DNA from: Chlamydiales bacterium
Lineage (GTDB): Bacteria > Chlamydiota > Chlamydiia > Chlamydiales > JAAZZY01
Direction of reading: 5' to 3'
Assembly (NCBI GenBank): GCA_965206695.1
Contig: CBDBKM010000010.1
Span: forward strand, 224,001 to 288,000
Length of the DNA stretch: 64,000 nt
Translations under genes and position numbers: made by a program
In this document: positions 31,231 through 43,234 of the stretch, in pieces
Layout: each line of letters opens with the position of its first letter
Position numbering within the stretch: the stretch's first letter is position 1
Notes under the pieces: model-generated
Seen by the model: only the letters and a program-made list of their open reading frames with translations
What the model was told of the DNA's origin: nothing
Databases searched by the model: none

Positions 31231-31635
31231 ATTGTCTATCCGGAAAGACGGAAAACCTCTAAAACAGCAGTTTTTAACCTTAGTTACCATGTTATTTGGT
31301 GTCCTAAATATAGGAGAAAGGTTCTTGAAGGTGATATTGTTGTTCGTTTAAAGGAATTATTAGAATTAAAAGCTCTACAACTAAATATAGAGATTCACGA
31401 ACTGAATATTATGCCTGATCACGTACATATTTTTTTAAATACCAAGCCTATATATTCGCCACAATTTTTCATAGGACAACTTAAGGGATATACAAGCCGA
31501 ATATTAAGGCAAGAATTTTCAAGCTTAAGATCCGGGTTACCCACACTGTGGACACGGTCTTATTATGTTGATAGTGTTGGAAAATTAAATGAATATACAA
31601 TCAGCAAGTATATACGGAATCAAAAAAACAAATAG
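31231..31635 (+). CDS. tnpA: IS200-type Y1 transposase TnpA (no ATG at the expected start; may be impaired)
   Basis: The frame is open upstream of the listed ORF: YHVIWCPKYRRKVL, PDHVH, LWTRSYY, KYIRNQ. Confidence 0.8.
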   Translation: MVYPERRKTSKTAVFNLSYHVIWCPKYRRKVLEGDIVVRLKELLELKALQLNIEIHELNIMPDHVHIFLNTKPIYSPQFFIGQLKGYTSRILRQEFSSLRSGLPTLWTRSYYVDSVGKLNEYTISKYIRNQKNK

Positions 31636-32884
31636 ACACTTTCATCCCACCCTTAAAAAGGTGGGTTTTCTCGTTTAATTGTCATAAAGAAGATGTCTCT
31701 ATTTCGGAAATTTCACATGATATTATTTTGGACAGGAAAGATGAAGCTTCTCCTCCGTCTTGCAAAAAACCTCGATCAGATAGAAACAAACCTCGTAAGC
31801 CTCACACTAAAGCAACCAGAAAGAAAATAGCTGAATCACTGACAGGTAGGAGCCGTCCTCAAAACGTCAAACATAACATATCTAAAGGAGTGAAAAAGAG
31901 TATTTTATCGCGCCGACCCGGCCCGCCCGGGAACATGTTTGCACAGCAAGGCAACCCAGCGGGGACCAAAAGCAAGACTAAGCCTAAAGAAACTCCTAAA
32001 AAAACTAAAGATACAAGATCTCAAACACAGCCGGAGAGAGCCCGTAAGGCTTATATTGACGCAACCAAATCACTGAAAAATAAAGTTCCTTTGTACAAAG
32101 ACAACATGACCTGGAAAATAAAGCACAGCCAATGATACAAATTCACCTATTATAAAACAAGAGCTGGGTGGCGGGACTGGTTCAGAGCCTCTGATTATCG
32201 GCCAGTCTATTTTCAGGAACAAAATAGACAATAGCCTTCCTGTATTACAGGACCCAAACGATAGAAACAAGAGTCTTCTATTTGAAAGGGAAGGTGAGAT
32301 AGAATCGATCAGGGTAAGATCTTGGGGTAGTCTGAGGGAATATCTGATGGAGATATCTCCTGTAAGGAGAGAGACAAATATAAAAATCGTTTGGATGATA
32401 TTTATACAGTTATCATCCCTATAGATTTTGGAGCAGCTAGAGGATTATCCACCTTTGCAAAAAGAAAGATAAAACAATTCGAGGTTTTAGGGCCCTATGC
32501 AGGGGTTCTTCGTGAAGGAGAAAAAGACTTCAAGCAAGGAATGAGGAAAATCGGCAAGAGAAACTTTTCAGCATATCTATTTGGAACAATCTCAGAGCAT
32601 CGTGCTATTGACGCATTCGGATCAGGAAACACCCTCAGCTTGGTAAATACCGGTCAGCTTGGCAAGGGTGAAAGAATAGAAGACAACAATACATCTGCAG
32701 TCCAGATAGGTAAAAGTCTCATTTTTTATGTGGCTAATAGAGATATCGATAAGGGGGAAGAGTTTTTTGTAGACTATGGGCCTATTTATGATTGTGAAAT
32801 AAAACAAGAACCAACAGAAACAGAATAGATTTTGTTCTTTCACTATAGTTGATTGGAAGAGCTGAATCGACAAAATATTTAATA

Positions 32885-33180
32885 ACCCGAGTTCGATGTA
32901 ATGAAGTCATATTATCTCTCTAATTATTCAATAAATTATTTGAAAAAGTACTAAAAGAAAAAGGCTCCTTCCTTCAGAATATTTGTTTTTGACGAAACAG
33001 ATAACACCAAAAAGAGGAAACCATGAAGCTTGAAATATGCGTCATCTATTGTATTTGTAATGACTACTTAAAGGAACTGGACAGTATAGCATGGCACAAT
33101 GAAAAAATGAAAGAATTCATCGAATCCCATTATCCGTATGAGAAGGATTAATGCGATTTATGAGGAGGTATGCGCCTCTT
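32885..33180 (+). mobile_element. Probable IS982-family 5' relic
   Basis: ACCCGAGTT-type end; MKLEICVIYCICND N-terminus; degraded. Confidence 0.4.
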
Positions 33181-33253
33181 AAATCGCTAAAATGTTTTAT
33201 TGTAGATTCATTTCCTCTTCAAGTCTGTAAAAACGCACGTATATTACGCTCTA

Positions 33254-33512
33254 TACCCCTTATGAATCAAAGTGCCGATTCTAAGACTTGAAAATGATCA
33301 TTGATTCGTTTCCTCATTGATTGAGCAATAGAAGGCCAAGTATTTTCAAAAAATCCGGTAATCGATCTCCGAAATTCTTTAGCAGAATTAAAAAACCGAT
33401 TATTGCGACAATATTCATTCATCACTTTCCATAATCGTTCAATGGGATTGAGGTTAGGACTGTAAGAAGGTAAATAATAGAGAATAATACCTTGTTTTTC
33501 TGCTTCTTGTTT
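33254..33512 (-). mobile_element. 3' fragment of IS630 type a, truncated by IS1634
   Basis: Near-identical to 52642-52900. Confidence 0.9.
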
Positions 33513-35280
33513 CCGACATTCCTAGACCTCTAAACAAGTTTTTCTAATTAAGCCATACATCCTCATTGCAGTCTTTCCAAACAAAACAATAATCTTTTTC
33601 CGAAGACGGGTTAAATTTGTGATCATTTCTTTACAAATTCTCCGGGAAGTCTTCTGAAAAAAACGGATTATTCCGATACCTTCCATAATTTGGAAAATCC
33701 ATCTTAATGTTGGATTTTTGACTTCCTTTCCTAATTGGTTGGGTAATGTCTCTTCTGTTTCTATCAATTTTTGTCGAAGTTGATATTGTCCGATATTATA
33801 AACCATTAAACACAATGTCATAACCATCATTAATGCTTCAATGCGTCGAGGGGTTTTTAAAAAAATAGAATCAACCATAAACCAAGGATCTTTTAAAAAG
33901 CGAAACCCTCCTTCAACCTTTTGCTGTTCTTTATATTCTTCTAACATCATCTCATCTTTATAATTTTCTCTATCGGTGTCATTCGCAGCTAAAATAAACC
34001 GTCCTTTTCTATTCATCAGTTTATTAATTTCTTCTTCTTCCCTTTCAAAGCTAGCATGAATCTTGTATCCAACAACTTGTTTTTCCTCTCCTTGTTTAGG
34101 TTTGCCTAATTTACCATATTTTAGAATCGGCAATATCTCACTATTCATGGAATATAAATGATTTTTTTTAGTCAATCTGCCCCAAGCTTTTTTAGCATCA
34201 CTTTCGCATTTAAATTCCTCATTACCCAAATGCCAAAGTTGTTTCTTGAGCTTTTCTTCTGCCTTGGTCAATTTTTTTTCTAATGATTTTATCTCTCTCT
34301 GATAGGCTTGCTCTGAAAAAACCAAAAGCCATCTTTGTTTAATCCCTCCATAAAAAGAGGTGAAGCTGCATGTTTTATATCCTTTCTCCTGATCAATCCA
34401 ATCAATTTCTTCTTCCGGTTTTTCTACTAATCTTTTTGCTTCTCCTATTATCTCGGGAACTCGGGTGAGCCATTTATAATCATTATTTTTTAAGAGCTTT
34501 TCTTTTGTGTATAACGCTGAATCGGCAACCCACTTCAACTTTGTTTTTACATCAATCTGTTGTTGAAATTCACTGATTTTTTTGAGCGTCTCATGAAAAC
34601 TTGCTTTATCAGAACTATTGCCGTCTAAGGCTTCCATCCATAGAGGCATAGAACTCGGACCATTGGTAACGAGAGAAAGTACAACTTGTTTCAAATCAGG
34701 TCTATGATCTTTAGAATAACCCTGCTTAATCTCAATCACTTGCGGATCATCTTTCACTTCATACGACCCATGAACGGAAAAGCTTGTTGTATCTAGATGA
34801 TGCGTTTTTTGTAGTAAATCATGGTCTAGGGCTATTCCAAAAGAAACTTCAGCAAATAATTTACTGCTCCCATATTTCGCAATATCATCCAAAGCATGAC
34901 CTAAAGTATAATCTGTGAGATCTTCTGCTCGAAGATCGTTGCCAAGTAAATTCTCTATCGATTTAGAAGCAAAAAATTGATGTGTTAGGTAGAGACGTCT
35001 ATTAGTAAACCCTAATCCATTCAGAATCATTGCAATTACTGCCTGTCCCGCACTTACTTTTCTTTGTGGATGATTTTTTAATCCGGTATCAATCCTTTCC
35101 GCTACTTTTAGATCGCTGCAAAGTGCTGCAATTAATCCATGGTGATCCATGTTCACTGTTTGAATATTATCTCCTGCAACTTCCGGCATAACTTTTCTCC
35201 TTGTATCAAATAAAAAGTAACAGGATAGGCAATCTATAATTCTAATTCAAAAAAAATATCTTACGGTCTAGGAATGTCGG
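33513..35280 (-). mobile_element. IS1634-family element, complete
   Basis: Perfect 16-bp terminal repeats CCGACATTCCTAGACC/GGTCTAGGAATGTCGG; no target duplication. Confidence 0.93.
33522..35189 (-). CDS. IS1634-family transposase
   Basis: HLDTTS, GYSKDHRPDLKQ, VADSALY, VEGGFRFLKDP. Confidence 0.92.
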   Translation of the reverse strand: MPEVAGDNIQTVNMDHHGLIAALCSDLKVAERIDTGLKNHPQRKVSAGQAVIAMILNGLGFTNRRLYLTHQFFASKSIENLLGNDLRAEDLTDYTLGHALDDIAKYGSSKLFAEVSFGIALDHDLLQKTHHLDTTSFSVHGSYEVKDDPQVIEIKQGYSKDHRPDLKQVVLSLVTNGPSSMPLWMEALDGNSSDKASFHETLKKISEFQQQIDVKTKLKWVADSALYTKEKLLKNNDYKWLTRVPEIIGEAKRLVEKPEEEIDWIDQEKGYKTCSFTSFYGGIKQRWLLVFSEQAYQREIKSLEKKLTKAEEKLKKQLWHLGNEEFKCESDAKKAWGRLTKKNHLYSMNSEILPILKYGKLGKPKQGEEKQVVGYKIHASFEREEEEINKLMNRKGRFILAANDTDRENYKDEMMLEEYKEQQKVEGGFRFLKDPWFMVDSIFLKTPRRIEALMMVMTLCLMVYNIGQYQLRQKLIETEETLPNQLGKEVKNPTLRWIFQIMEGIGIIRFFQKTSRRICKEMITNLTRLRKKIIVLFGKTAMRMYGLIRKTCLEV

Positions 35281-35633
35281 TTTGTGTCTTAAATTTTTAT
35301 ATAAATTGCCCCAATTTCGTTTATCTTTCCAAATATGACGATAAATACTTTCGTGGCTGATAAGCAGGCCTTCTTCTTCTTTCAATCGACCGGATATTTG
35401 AACAGGACTCCATTGAAGCAGTAATTTACTTTCTATCTTCATAAGTAGTTCAGGGGTCATTTTCTTTGTTTTACTGCTCGCTTTTGAACGCCTTCTTTTA
35501 GTTTTGATTTGTGCTGCAAAATAGATATATCTGCCTTCATAGCTATTTCTTTTTAACTCTCGATAAACAGTAGTTTTATTAACATTTAATTCCTGCGAAA
35601 TAGAATCAACAGAATCTCCTCTTTTTTTTAAAG

Positions 35634-36732
35634 CGCCCTTTCAACATCGAAGTGCAACAAACCGCTACAAATTAAACTTGTCTGAAGGTGGTAAAAAATC
35701 TCCTATGGTAAACGTAAGAAAACCAAGGAGGAAAGATGCCAAACGGCTACCGTCACTTAAACAAAGACAAGAGATGCCAATTGTATACCTTAATAAGAAG
35801 AGGAGGTCCTATCACCTTAATTTCCAATGAGTTAAACGTAAATCGATCGACTGTTTATCGCGAGCTAAAACGAAATTGTGGAAAGCGTGGATATCGGTAT
35901 CAACAGGCTCAAGAGAAGGCTTTAAAGAGACGAGGCTCAAAAACTCAACAACGAAAGATGAGCAGTGTAATGATTGCCATTATCGAAGAGAAGTTAAGCG
36001 TGCAGTGGAGCCCCGATCAAATATCGGGATGGCTGAAGAAGAAAGGGTATCAAGAAGCTGTAAGCCATGAGACAATCTATAACTATGTTTGGGAGGACAA
36101 AAAAAGAGGAGGCTTGTTGTATAAACACCTTAGACATAGTGGGAAGAAATATAACAAGCGAGGTAAAAATAGGGCCGGACGAGGATGTATTCCCGGACGG
36201 ACAGATATTTCTGAAAGGCCTGATATCGTAGAGAAGAAAACTCGTTTAGGCGATTGGGAACTAGATACAATCATAGGAACAGAAGGGAGCGGAGTCATTG
36301 TCTCAATGGTCGAAAGAGTCTCAAAGCTAACAAAACCGGAAAAAGTCTCGCGTAAAACCGCTGAGGAAGTAAAGGATGCGCTAGTAAACAGGTTAAGACC
36401 GGTCCAAAAATTTGTCATGACATTAACTGCTGACAACGGGAAAGAATTTACTTACCATAAACAAGTGAGCCAATTACTTGAGACAAGTTTTTACTTTGCT
36501 ACCCCCTATCATTCGTGGGAGAGAGGGCTGAACGAGCATACGAATGGACTCGTTCGACAATATCTCCCTAAAAATAAACGGTTTGATGAAGTCTCAGCAG
36601 GTAATTTAAAAAAGATTGAGAACTTGCTTAACAATAGACCCCGAAAAGTGTTAAACTTTTCAACACCGGAGGAGGTGTTTAACCGTCTCAGTAAGGAAGC
36701 AGCGAGTGTTGCACTTCGATGTTGAAAGGGCG
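35634..36732 (+). mobile_element. IS30-family element, complete
   Basis: 25-bp terminal repeats CGCCCTTTCAACATCGAAGTGCAAC; AAG duplicated on both flanks. Confidence 0.95.
35736..36725 (+). CDS. IS30-family transposase
   Basis: WSPDQI, GDWELDT, DNGKEF, PYHSWERGLNEHTNGL. Confidence 0.95.
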   Translation: MPNGYRHLNKDKRCQLYTLIRRGGPITLISNELNVNRSTVYRELKRNCGKRGYRYQQAQEKALKRRGSKTQQRKMSSVMIAIIEEKLSVQWSPDQISGWLKKKGYQEAVSHETIYNYVWEDKKRGGLLYKHLRHSGKKYNKRGKNRAGRGCIPGRTDISERPDIVEKKTRLGDWELDTIIGTEGSGVIVSMVERVSKLTKPEKVSRKTAEEVKDALVNRLRPVQKFVMTLTADNGKEFTYHKQVSQLLETSFYFATPYHSWERGLNEHTNGLVRQYLPKNKRFDEVSAGNLKKIENLLNNRPRKVLNFSTPEEVFNRLSKEAASVALRC

Positions 36733-37021
36733 AAGTACATATTTGGCACCTTTGTTCGTAGGTTAAATGCCGGTAGCCTTTAGGCATAAAAAATCCCTCC
36801 ATAGTTTTTTTTTGCAAAAATTTACTATAGAGATTTTGCCGGCATTTGGCCATTTTCAAATTCTTCCTATTTGTTGCACTTCAATGTTGAAAGGGCGTTA
36901 TTTGTTTTAATTTAATAAATATAGTCCTTTTTTTTGTCTTTATTATGAGGGTGTTATCGACTTGAATTTAATGATTTTGTTAACTAGAATTGAATTTTTG
37001 AGGTAAAATGAGAATGTTTAT

Positions 37022-38014
37022 ATGAAGTTATTTTCACGAAATAAACCTAAAATCAAGGTCCAAGTAACCAAAAGAGAAGGCTTTAATGACTGGCTTAAAT
37101 GCACTCATTGTAAAGAATTGACTCATGCTAATGAGGTAGAAGCTAAGAACAACTGTTGTCCAAAATGTGATTATCATTACAGACTACCCGCTCAAAAAAG
37201 AATTCAACAATTATCGGATGAAGGTAGCTTTAAAGAGTTATTTGACAATATTAAGCCTGTGGATTGTTTGAATTTTAAAGATACGGAAAGCTATACGAAT
37301 CGTATAGCAAGAACACAGAAAAAAACAGGTCGAGTAGAGGGTGTAATTGTTGGTACCGCGACTTTAGACTCCCATCCTATCGCTTTGGGCGTTTTAGACT
37401 TTAGTTATATGGGTGGATCTATGGGATCTGTCGTTGGAGAAAAGCTTACGTTGTTAATAGAACTTGCTCTTAAAGAGTCCATACCTCTCGTTATCGTTTC
37501 GGCTTCCGGTGGAGCGCGCATGCAAGAGTCTGTACTTTCATTAATGCAGATGGCGAAAACTTCCGTAGCTTTAGCTAAATTACATGAAAACAATCTGCTT
37601 TTTATTTCGATTTTGACGAACCCTACTTCCGGAGGGGTGACAGCTTCTTTTGCTTCTTTAGGTGATGTTATTATAGCTGAACCGGATGCATTAATTTGCT
37701 TTGCAGGTCCTAGAGTTATCGAACAAACGATAGGAGAAAAATTACCGGATAAAGCTCAGAAATCTGAATTTTTATTAGAACATGGCATGATAGATTGTGT
37801 CGTGAAACGACATAATATACGTAAAATGTTAATTAACTTTATAGATTTCTTTTCGGGTAACCAAAGAGAATTTTTTCATTTTAAAGTTAAAGATATTATC
37901 TCTTCTAAAGAAGAGAAGGGTAAAAATATAAGAGAACAGCTTACTAAGAAATTACATAAATTAGTATCTTTCTCATCTGAAGATGGATTTGTAGAAGAAA
38001 AAAAAATTAATTAA
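37022..38014 (+). CDS. accD: Acetyl-CoA carboxylase carboxyltransferase beta subunit
   Basis: Zinc finger CxxC...Cxx[29 protein letters not shown]. Confidence 0.96.
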   Translation: MKLFSRNKPKIKVQVTKREGFNDWLKCTHCKELTHANEVEAKNNCCPKCDYHYRLPAQKRIQQLSDEGSFKELFDNIKPVDCLNFKDTESYTNRIARTQKKTGRVEGVIVGTATLDSHPIALGVLDFSYMGGSMGSVVGEKLTLLIELALKESIPLVIVSASGGARMQESVLSLMQMAKTSVALAKLHENNLLFISILTNPTSGGVTASFASLGDVIIAEPDALICFAGPRVIEQTIGEKLPDKAQKSEFLLEHGMIDCVVKRHNIRKMLINFIDFFSGNQREFFHFKVKDIISSKEEKGKNIREQLTKKLHKLVSFSSEDGFVEEKKIN

Positions 38015-38031
38015 CCGGTTGGAGTGGCATA

Positions 38032-38478
38032 ATGACGATGGTCGAAATCGAAACAATTACTGTAGACGAAACGATACAATTACCCCAATACTCTTCTGAT
38101 TTAGCATCGGGAGCTGATGTGAAAGCGCATATTCCGGAAGAGCTTATTATCCCGCCCGGTGAATCGGCTTTGATACCAACAGGTTTAAAATTTGCTATTC
38201 CAAAAGGTTATGAAATTCAAGTTCGGCCCAGAAGTGGCTTAGCCCTAAAACATCAAATAACGGTTCTTAATACTCCGGGAACAGTAGATGCGGATTATCG
38301 AGGAGAAGTCGGCATTATTTTAATCAACCATGGAAAATTCGCATTTCGAGTGCTACCCGGTATGAGAATCGCGCAACTTGTTGTTGCTGCTACTATTCAT
38401 GGACAATTTATTTCAGCTGATAATCTGACGGCAACTGCCAGAGGAGAAGGTGGTTTTGGTCATACAGGTATCCAATAG
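38032..38478 (+). CDS. dut: dUTPase
   Basis: [32 protein letters not shown]. Confidence 0.96.
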   Translation: MTMVEIETITVDETIQLPQYSSDLASGADVKAHIPEELIIPPGESALIPTGLKFAIPKGYEIQVRPRSGLALKHQITVLNTPGTVDADYRGEVGIILINHGKFAFRVLPGMRIAQLVVAATIHGQFISADNLTATARGEGGFGHTGIQ

Positions 38479-38479
38479 C

Positions 38480-38929
38480 ATGGTAAAATTTACTGATTAT
38501 CTAAATGAAGAACAGATTATTTTTTTAACGGCTAAAACAAGAGACGAAGCTTTAAGACAATTAATTGAAAATCTTGCAGCTAACGGAAAACTAAACAATC
38601 CAAAGGCATTTTATCAAGCTATTTTAGAACGCGAAGGTGTTATTTCTACAGGAATCGGAATGGGTATAGCAATACCTCATGCAAAGTTACCTGAATATGA
38701 TAATTTTTTTATCGCAATTGGTATTTTAGAAAAGGGCTTAGATTGGCAATCATTAGATGATATACCTGTTCGTTTAATTGTCATGATTGGAGGGCCTGAT
38801 GATAGGCAAACTCAATATCTTAAAATATTATCAGAGCTTACTTTGTTCTTAAGAGATAAGAAAAGACGAAAGAAATTGTTGACTTATACATCTTCGAAGA
38901 AGATTCTTAAATTTTTTAAGTCAGAATAG
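38480..38929 (+). CDS. ptsN: PTS EIIA(Ntr)-like protein
   Basis: ERE...STGIGMGIAIPHA; the ATG at 38480 is preferred over the overlapping GTG. Confidence 0.88.
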   Translation: MVKFTDYLNEEQIIFLTAKTRDEALRQLIENLAANGKLNNPKAFYQAILEREGVISTGIGMGIAIPHAKLPEYDNFFIAIGILEKGLDWQSLDDIPVRLIVMIGGPDDRQTQYLKILSELTLFLRDKKRRKKLLTYTSSKKILKFFKSE

Positions 38930-38938
38930 TGGGGATGT

Positions 38939-39649
38939 ATGGATTTAAAAATTAAAGACGTTTCAACTTTATTACATGTTTCAGAAGAAGCTATTGAAAA
39001 GCTCATCGAACAAAATAATATTCCATTTTATCGTTTGAATGATGAATTTCGTTTTAACCGAACTGAAATTGAGAACTGGGTGATTGAACATTCACTTGAT
39101 TCATCAGAGGACAAATTGTCTCATTTTTTAAAGAGCAACGATGGAAAGGCAAGAGGGGGTACTCAGCCCTTTAGTTTCTTTAGAGCTATTCATAGAGGTC
39201 TCGTTATTAGGAATGTTCCCGGTGATACCAAGCAAGAAATTATCAAACTTGCTATGCAACAGATTGCTCAAAACCTTGATCTGGATGCCGAAGGGCTAAC
39301 CGAATTACTTCTTGATCGAGAAACATTGATGCCAACTGCTCTTAATAAAGGCATCGCTGTACCGCATACCAGAGATTTTCTTTTAAGTGAGGCATATGAT
39401 ATTGTCGCTATTGTATATCCGGATCAGCCGATTGAATATGGCGCTTTAGACGAAGAACCTGTGCATACTCTATTTTTTCTATTTGCCTGTCAAGATAAGC
39501 GTCACTTAAATCTTCTGGCTAAAATCGCTCATTTCTGTAGCGCAGAAGAGAACACCCGATTTTTAAAGAAGCAACCCGATAAAGAGGATATTCTACAATA
39601 CATTAAAGAATGGGAAAGTAAACTACAACAAGTGCGTGTGGTTACTTAA
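38939..39649 (+). CDS. ptsN: PTS EIIA protein with N-terminal HTH domain
   Basis: Excisionase/MerR-like N-terminus; [16 protein letters not shown]. Confidence 0.85.
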   Translation: MDLKIKDVSTLLHVSEEAIEKLIEQNNIPFYRLNDEFRFNRTEIENWVIEHSLDSSEDKLSHFLKSNDGKARGGTQPFSFFRAIHRGLVIRNVPGDTKQEIIKLAMQQIAQNLDLDAEGLTELLLDRETLMPTALNKGIAVPHTRDFLLSEAYDIVAIVYPDQPIEYGALDEEPVHTLFFLFACQDKRHLNLLAKIAHFCSAEENTRFLKKQPDKEDILQYIKEWESKLQQVRVVT

Positions 39650-42192
39650 GATTCGTCTTTAGTATTAGTAACCAGCGCCTGTTCTTCTTCAGAAGCATCT
39701 ACGTTTTCCGAAGTACCTTTTTCAACAAATTTAACTTTATCGTTCTCAATTGTTACGAGATAAGATCGAATTCTATCAACAGGTGAGAACAGTAATGTTT
39801 CAGCAAGCGGATCTTCCAGATATTCTTCGATAGTACGCCTAATGGGCCTTGCACCCATATCAGGTTGAAATCCTTTTTCAACAAGGAAGTGAATAGCCGG
39901 ATCAGAAAGTTCGATAAAGATATCCTTTTTATTTAGGCGACCTTCTAATTTTTTAACCTCAATGCGGATAACCTTTTTAAGGTCTTCTTTTTCTAGAGAT
40001 CTGAATACGACTGTTCCATCTAAACGATTAAGAAATTCAGGTTTGAAGTGCTTTTTAACCGCACTTTCTATTTTTTCTTGAATTTTTTGGAAATTAGGAA
40101 CTCCATCTTTGGCTCCAAATCCTACTTCGTTAGATTTTCGAATAAGGTCAGCACCGAGATTGGATGTCATAATAATAATAGTGTTTCGGAAGTTAATTTT
40201 TCGGCCAAATGAATCAGTTAGCCTTCCTTCTTCAAGGATTTGCAAGAGGAGATTCATTACATCCGGATGTGCCTTCTCAACTTCATCAAATAAAACAACA
40301 CTATAGGGACGCTGTCTAACACGTTCAGTAAGTTGTCCGCCCTCTTCATGTCCAACATATCCCGGAGGGGAACCTGTCATACGGCTAATAGCGAACTTTT
40401 CCATATATTCGGACATATCCACTTGAATGAGAGAGTCTTCTCCACCGAACATATGTATGGCGAGCTCTCTAGCAAGAAGAGTTTTACCAACCCCTGTTGG
40501 TCCAAGAAATAAAAATGCGCCAATGGGTCTATTCGGATCTTTAATATCGGCACGAGAACGGCGAATAGCACGACAGACAGTTTTAATAGCATCAACCTGG
40601 CCAATAATACCTTCTTCTAATGTTTCTTCCATTTTAAGAACTTTAGAAGTCTCACCTTCAGTTAAGCGGTTAAGAGGAATGCCTGTTTGTTTGGCTACGA
40701 CGGAAGCAACTTCTTCTTCATCAACGATCACTTGATGTTCTTCTTTATTGACTTCCCATTCATTTCGAATTTGCTCCAGTTGTTCTCGTAAGGATTTTTC
40801 ATTATCTCGCAATTTGGCAGCTTTTTCATATTCCTGCCTACCAATAGCTTCTTCTTTCGCTATTCGAGTTTCTTCGATTTCAAGGTCAAGCTTAGCTATA
40901 TCACCCGGTTGATTCATCATAGCGATACGCATTTTTGCTCCTGCTTCATCAAGAAGATCAATTGCTTTATCAGGAAGGTAACGAGCATAGATGTATCGAT
41001 CGGAAAGAACTGCAGCTGATAGTAGAGCTTGTTCAGTATAAATACATTTGTGATGTTCTTCATATTTTGTTTTCAAACCCTGTAAAATGTCTACAGTTTC
41101 GCATAAGGAAGGTGGAGCAATTTGAATTTTTTGGAAACGTCTTTCTAAAGCGGCATCTTTTTCAATATGTTTGCGATATTCATCTGATGTTGTTGCCCCT
41201 ATACATTGAATTTCACCTCTAGATAGAGCCGGTTTTAGTATATTGGAAGCATCAATAGCTCCTTCTGCTGCGCCCGCGCCAACAATAGTGTGAAGTTCGT
41301 CGATAAAAAGTAAGATATTGCCATGTTTCTTTATCTCATCCATGACAGCCTTAATTCTTTCTTCAAACTGGCCTCGATATTTCGTTCCCGCAATCATTAG
41401 AGTTAAATCTAATGCGATGAGCTTTTTCTTCCGTAAATTATCAGGGACATCGCCACTAACAATGGCTTGTGCTAAACCTTCTACAATCGCTGTTTTACCG
41501 ACTCCGGCTTCACCTACTAATACCGGATTATTTTTACGACGTCTGCAAAGAATAAGAGTTAATCTCTCTACCTCTTCCTTCCTTCCAATAACAGGATCCA
41601 TTTTGCCTTCTTTACACATCTCGGTTAGATCATGACCATAGGCTTTTAAAGCCGGAGTTTTATCTGCACTGATACCACCTTTTTCATAGCTTTTTTGATG
41701 AGAGCCGGCGTCGCCGGTGCTTGAGGTTGTGCCGATGGGAGGAAGTTGTAGATTAAAGGTTTCCAGTTCTTTTAAAACTTCTTTTCGGATCTCTTTTAGA
41801 TTAACATTGAGATTTTCAAGTACTTGTGCGGCTACTCCGTCTGTTTGACGCAACAAACCTAACAGGAGATGTTCTGTGCCGACATAGTTATGATTAAGGT
41901 TAGCTGCTTCTTCATTTGAGTATTCAAAAACTTTTTTTACTTTTCCTGTAAGAGCAGGATCTCCATAGAGTTGAATTTCAGGACCATAGCCAACAAGTCG
42001 CTCAACTTCAGCTCTAACAGTTTCAAAATCAAGGTTTAAATTTCGAAGTACATTAACAGCAATTCCTTGCCCTAATTTTAAAAGACCTAACAAGACATGT
42101 TCTGTACCAAGATAGTTGTGATTAAGCCTTTGAGCTTCTCGTTTAGCTAATTTAATGACTTGTTTGGCTCGATTTGTAAATTTTTCAAACAT
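39646..42192 (-). CDS. clpC: ATP-dependent Clp protease ATPase subunit
   Basis: Clp-N repeats, [11 protein letters not shown] motif, GPTGVGKT. Confidence 0.96.
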   Translation of the reverse strand: MFEKFTNRAKQVIKLAKREAQRLNHNYLGTEHVLLGLLKLGQGIAVNVLRNLNLDFETVRAEVERLVGYGPEIQLYGDPALTGKVKKVFEYSNEEAANLNHNYVGTEHLLLGLLRQTDGVAAQVLENLNVNLKEIRKEVLKELETFNLQLPPIGTTSSTGDAGSHQKSYEKGGISADKTPALKAYGHDLTEMCKEGKMDPVIGRKEEVERLTLILCRRRKNNPVLVGEAGVGKTAIVEGLAQAIVSGDVPDNLRKKKLIALDLTLMIAGTKYRGQFEERIKAVMDEIKKHGNILLFIDELHTIVGAGAAEGAIDASNILKPALSRGEIQCIGATTSDEYRKHIEKDAALERRFQKIQIAPPSLCETVDILQGLKTKYEEHHKCIYTEQALLSAAVLSDRYIYARYLPDKAIDLLDEAGAKMRIAMMNQPGDIAKLDLEIEETRIAKEEAIGRQEYEKAAKLRDNEKSLREQLEQIRNEWEVNKEEHQVIVDEEEVASVVAKQTGIPLNRLTEGETSKVLKMEETLEEGIIGQVDAIKTVCRAIRRSRADIKDPNRPIGAFLFLGPTGVGKTLLARELAIHMFGGEDSLIQVDMSEYMEKFAISRMTGSPPGYVGHEEGGQLTERVRQRPYSVVLFDEVEKAHPDVMNLLLQILEEGRLTDSFGRKINFRNTIIIMTSNLGADLIRKSNEVGFGAKDGVPNFQKIQEKIESAVKKHFKPEFLNRLDGTVVFRSLEKEDLKKVIRIEVKKLEGRLNKKDIFIELSDPAIHFLVEKGFQPDMGARPIRRTIEEYLEDPLAETLLFSPVDRIRSYLVTIENDKVKFVEKGTSENVDASEEEQALVTNTKDES

Positions 42193-42454
42193 AAGCTTCT
42201 CTTTTTAAATACCTTAAATTTTTTTTAAATATTCATTCTAGGGCAGATCTTAGAAGTTAAGTTGATTTTTTGCAAATGAAGATAAAATTTCTTTAAAAAA
42301 TGTTTTCTCTAACGATCCCTCAAATTGTAATTGTAGCAAATCACCTAAATAAAGAGCTATGGTTTTATAGGTTGAAAATTTGCTTATTAAAGCGTTTTTA
42401 TGCAATTAAAAACGTGATAAGGGTAAAATATTGCATCAATTCATGTATTAAGAG

Positions 42455-43180
42455 GTGAAGGTTATGAAAGTTAGTATTTTAGATAGCGGGTTAGGACGAG
42501 CTCAAGAACATATGGACAAAGATAAACAACTTTTAACCTGCCTTAAGTCAAGCGGAGATTTATTATTACATCTATATGATTGGGAACAAGATAGCGCATC
42601 ATATGGGCATTTTATTAATCCGGAAGAACTTTTAAATATGGAGGGAGTCAAACAAAAAGGGTTGAAATTGGCTAGAAGAGTAACCGGGGGAGGGATTATT
42701 TTTCATATTTCGGATTTTGCCTTTTCTTTATTTATCCCGGCCAATCATCCAAAGTGTTCTTCAAATACCATGGCGAATTATGCTTTTGTTAATACAATTG
42801 TAATTGAAGCTGTTGAAGCTTTTATGGGAAAGACTGTTGAAGCTTTTCTTTTATCAACAGAAAGTGTTTCTGATAATTCTTTATCGAAAAACTTTTGTAT
42901 GGCGAAACCTACCATTTATGATGTCATGATTGATGGTAAAAAGGTAGGGGGAGCTGCACAACGTCAAACGAAAAATGGAGTATTGCATCATGGGACTATT
43001 GCTTTAGGGATGTTAAAAGCATCCTATCTGCAAGATATCCTTCTTTCTGAGTCCGGAGTATTAGAAGCAATGCAAGAAAATAGTTATACGCTGTTGGGTC
43101 CTGAATGGTCTTATAAAGAGCTCCAAAAGGCTCGCCGAAACTTGAAAGAGTTGTTCATTCATAAGTTGAGAAAATATTAA
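42455..43180 (+). CDS. Lipoate-protein ligase / octanoyltransferase family protein
   Basis: RRVTGGG, KKVGGAAQR, HHGTI. Confidence 0.85.
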   Translation: MKVMKVSILDSGLGRAQEHMDKDKQLLTCLKSSGDLLLHLYDWEQDSASYGHFINPEELLNMEGVKQKGLKLARRVTGGGIIFHISDFAFSLFIPANHPKCSSNTMANYAFVNTIVIEAVEAFMGKTVEAFLLSTESVSDNSLSKNFCMAKPTIYDVMIDGKKVGGAAQRQTKNGVLHHGTIALGMLKASYLQDILLSESGVLEAMQENSYTLLGPEWSYKELQKARRNLKELFIHKLRKY

Positions 43181-43234
43181 TATATTATAATTTTCGTCCA
43201 CTGCTTGAATATCTAAAGGGCCTGTTTCGATTTA

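Larger units (their letters stand above)
30018..31683 (-). mobile_element. IS200/IS605-family element (divergent tnpA + tnpB), copy 1
   Basis: Left-end hairpin after TTAT, right end closing in TCAA, near-identical to 50746-52410. Confidence 0.95.
29939..32828 (+). pseudogene. SET-domain protein with NUMOD3-like basic motifs, split by IS605 (30018-31683) and two frameshifts
   Basis: Removing the IS joins 29939-30017 to 31684 in frame (...PRLVIHKEDVS...); C-terminus has GPYAG, IDA..GNTLSLVN, VANRDIDKGEEFFVDYG. Confidence 0.78.
35281..36897 (-). mobile_element. Disrupted IS30 element (host), interrupted by a second IS30 and cut by IS1634
   Basis: Terminal repeat ends at 36897; MPKGYRHLTYEQRCQICT|LKKRGDS...QWSPVQISG...LRHK reads continuously once the inner IS30 is removed. 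Confidence 0.85.

Noticed and set aside
30018..31683. IStron (self-splicing IS605) that would rescue the SET gene
   Set aside because: The left end directly abuts tnpA, leaving no room for a group I intron core, and the host gene has further frameshifts.
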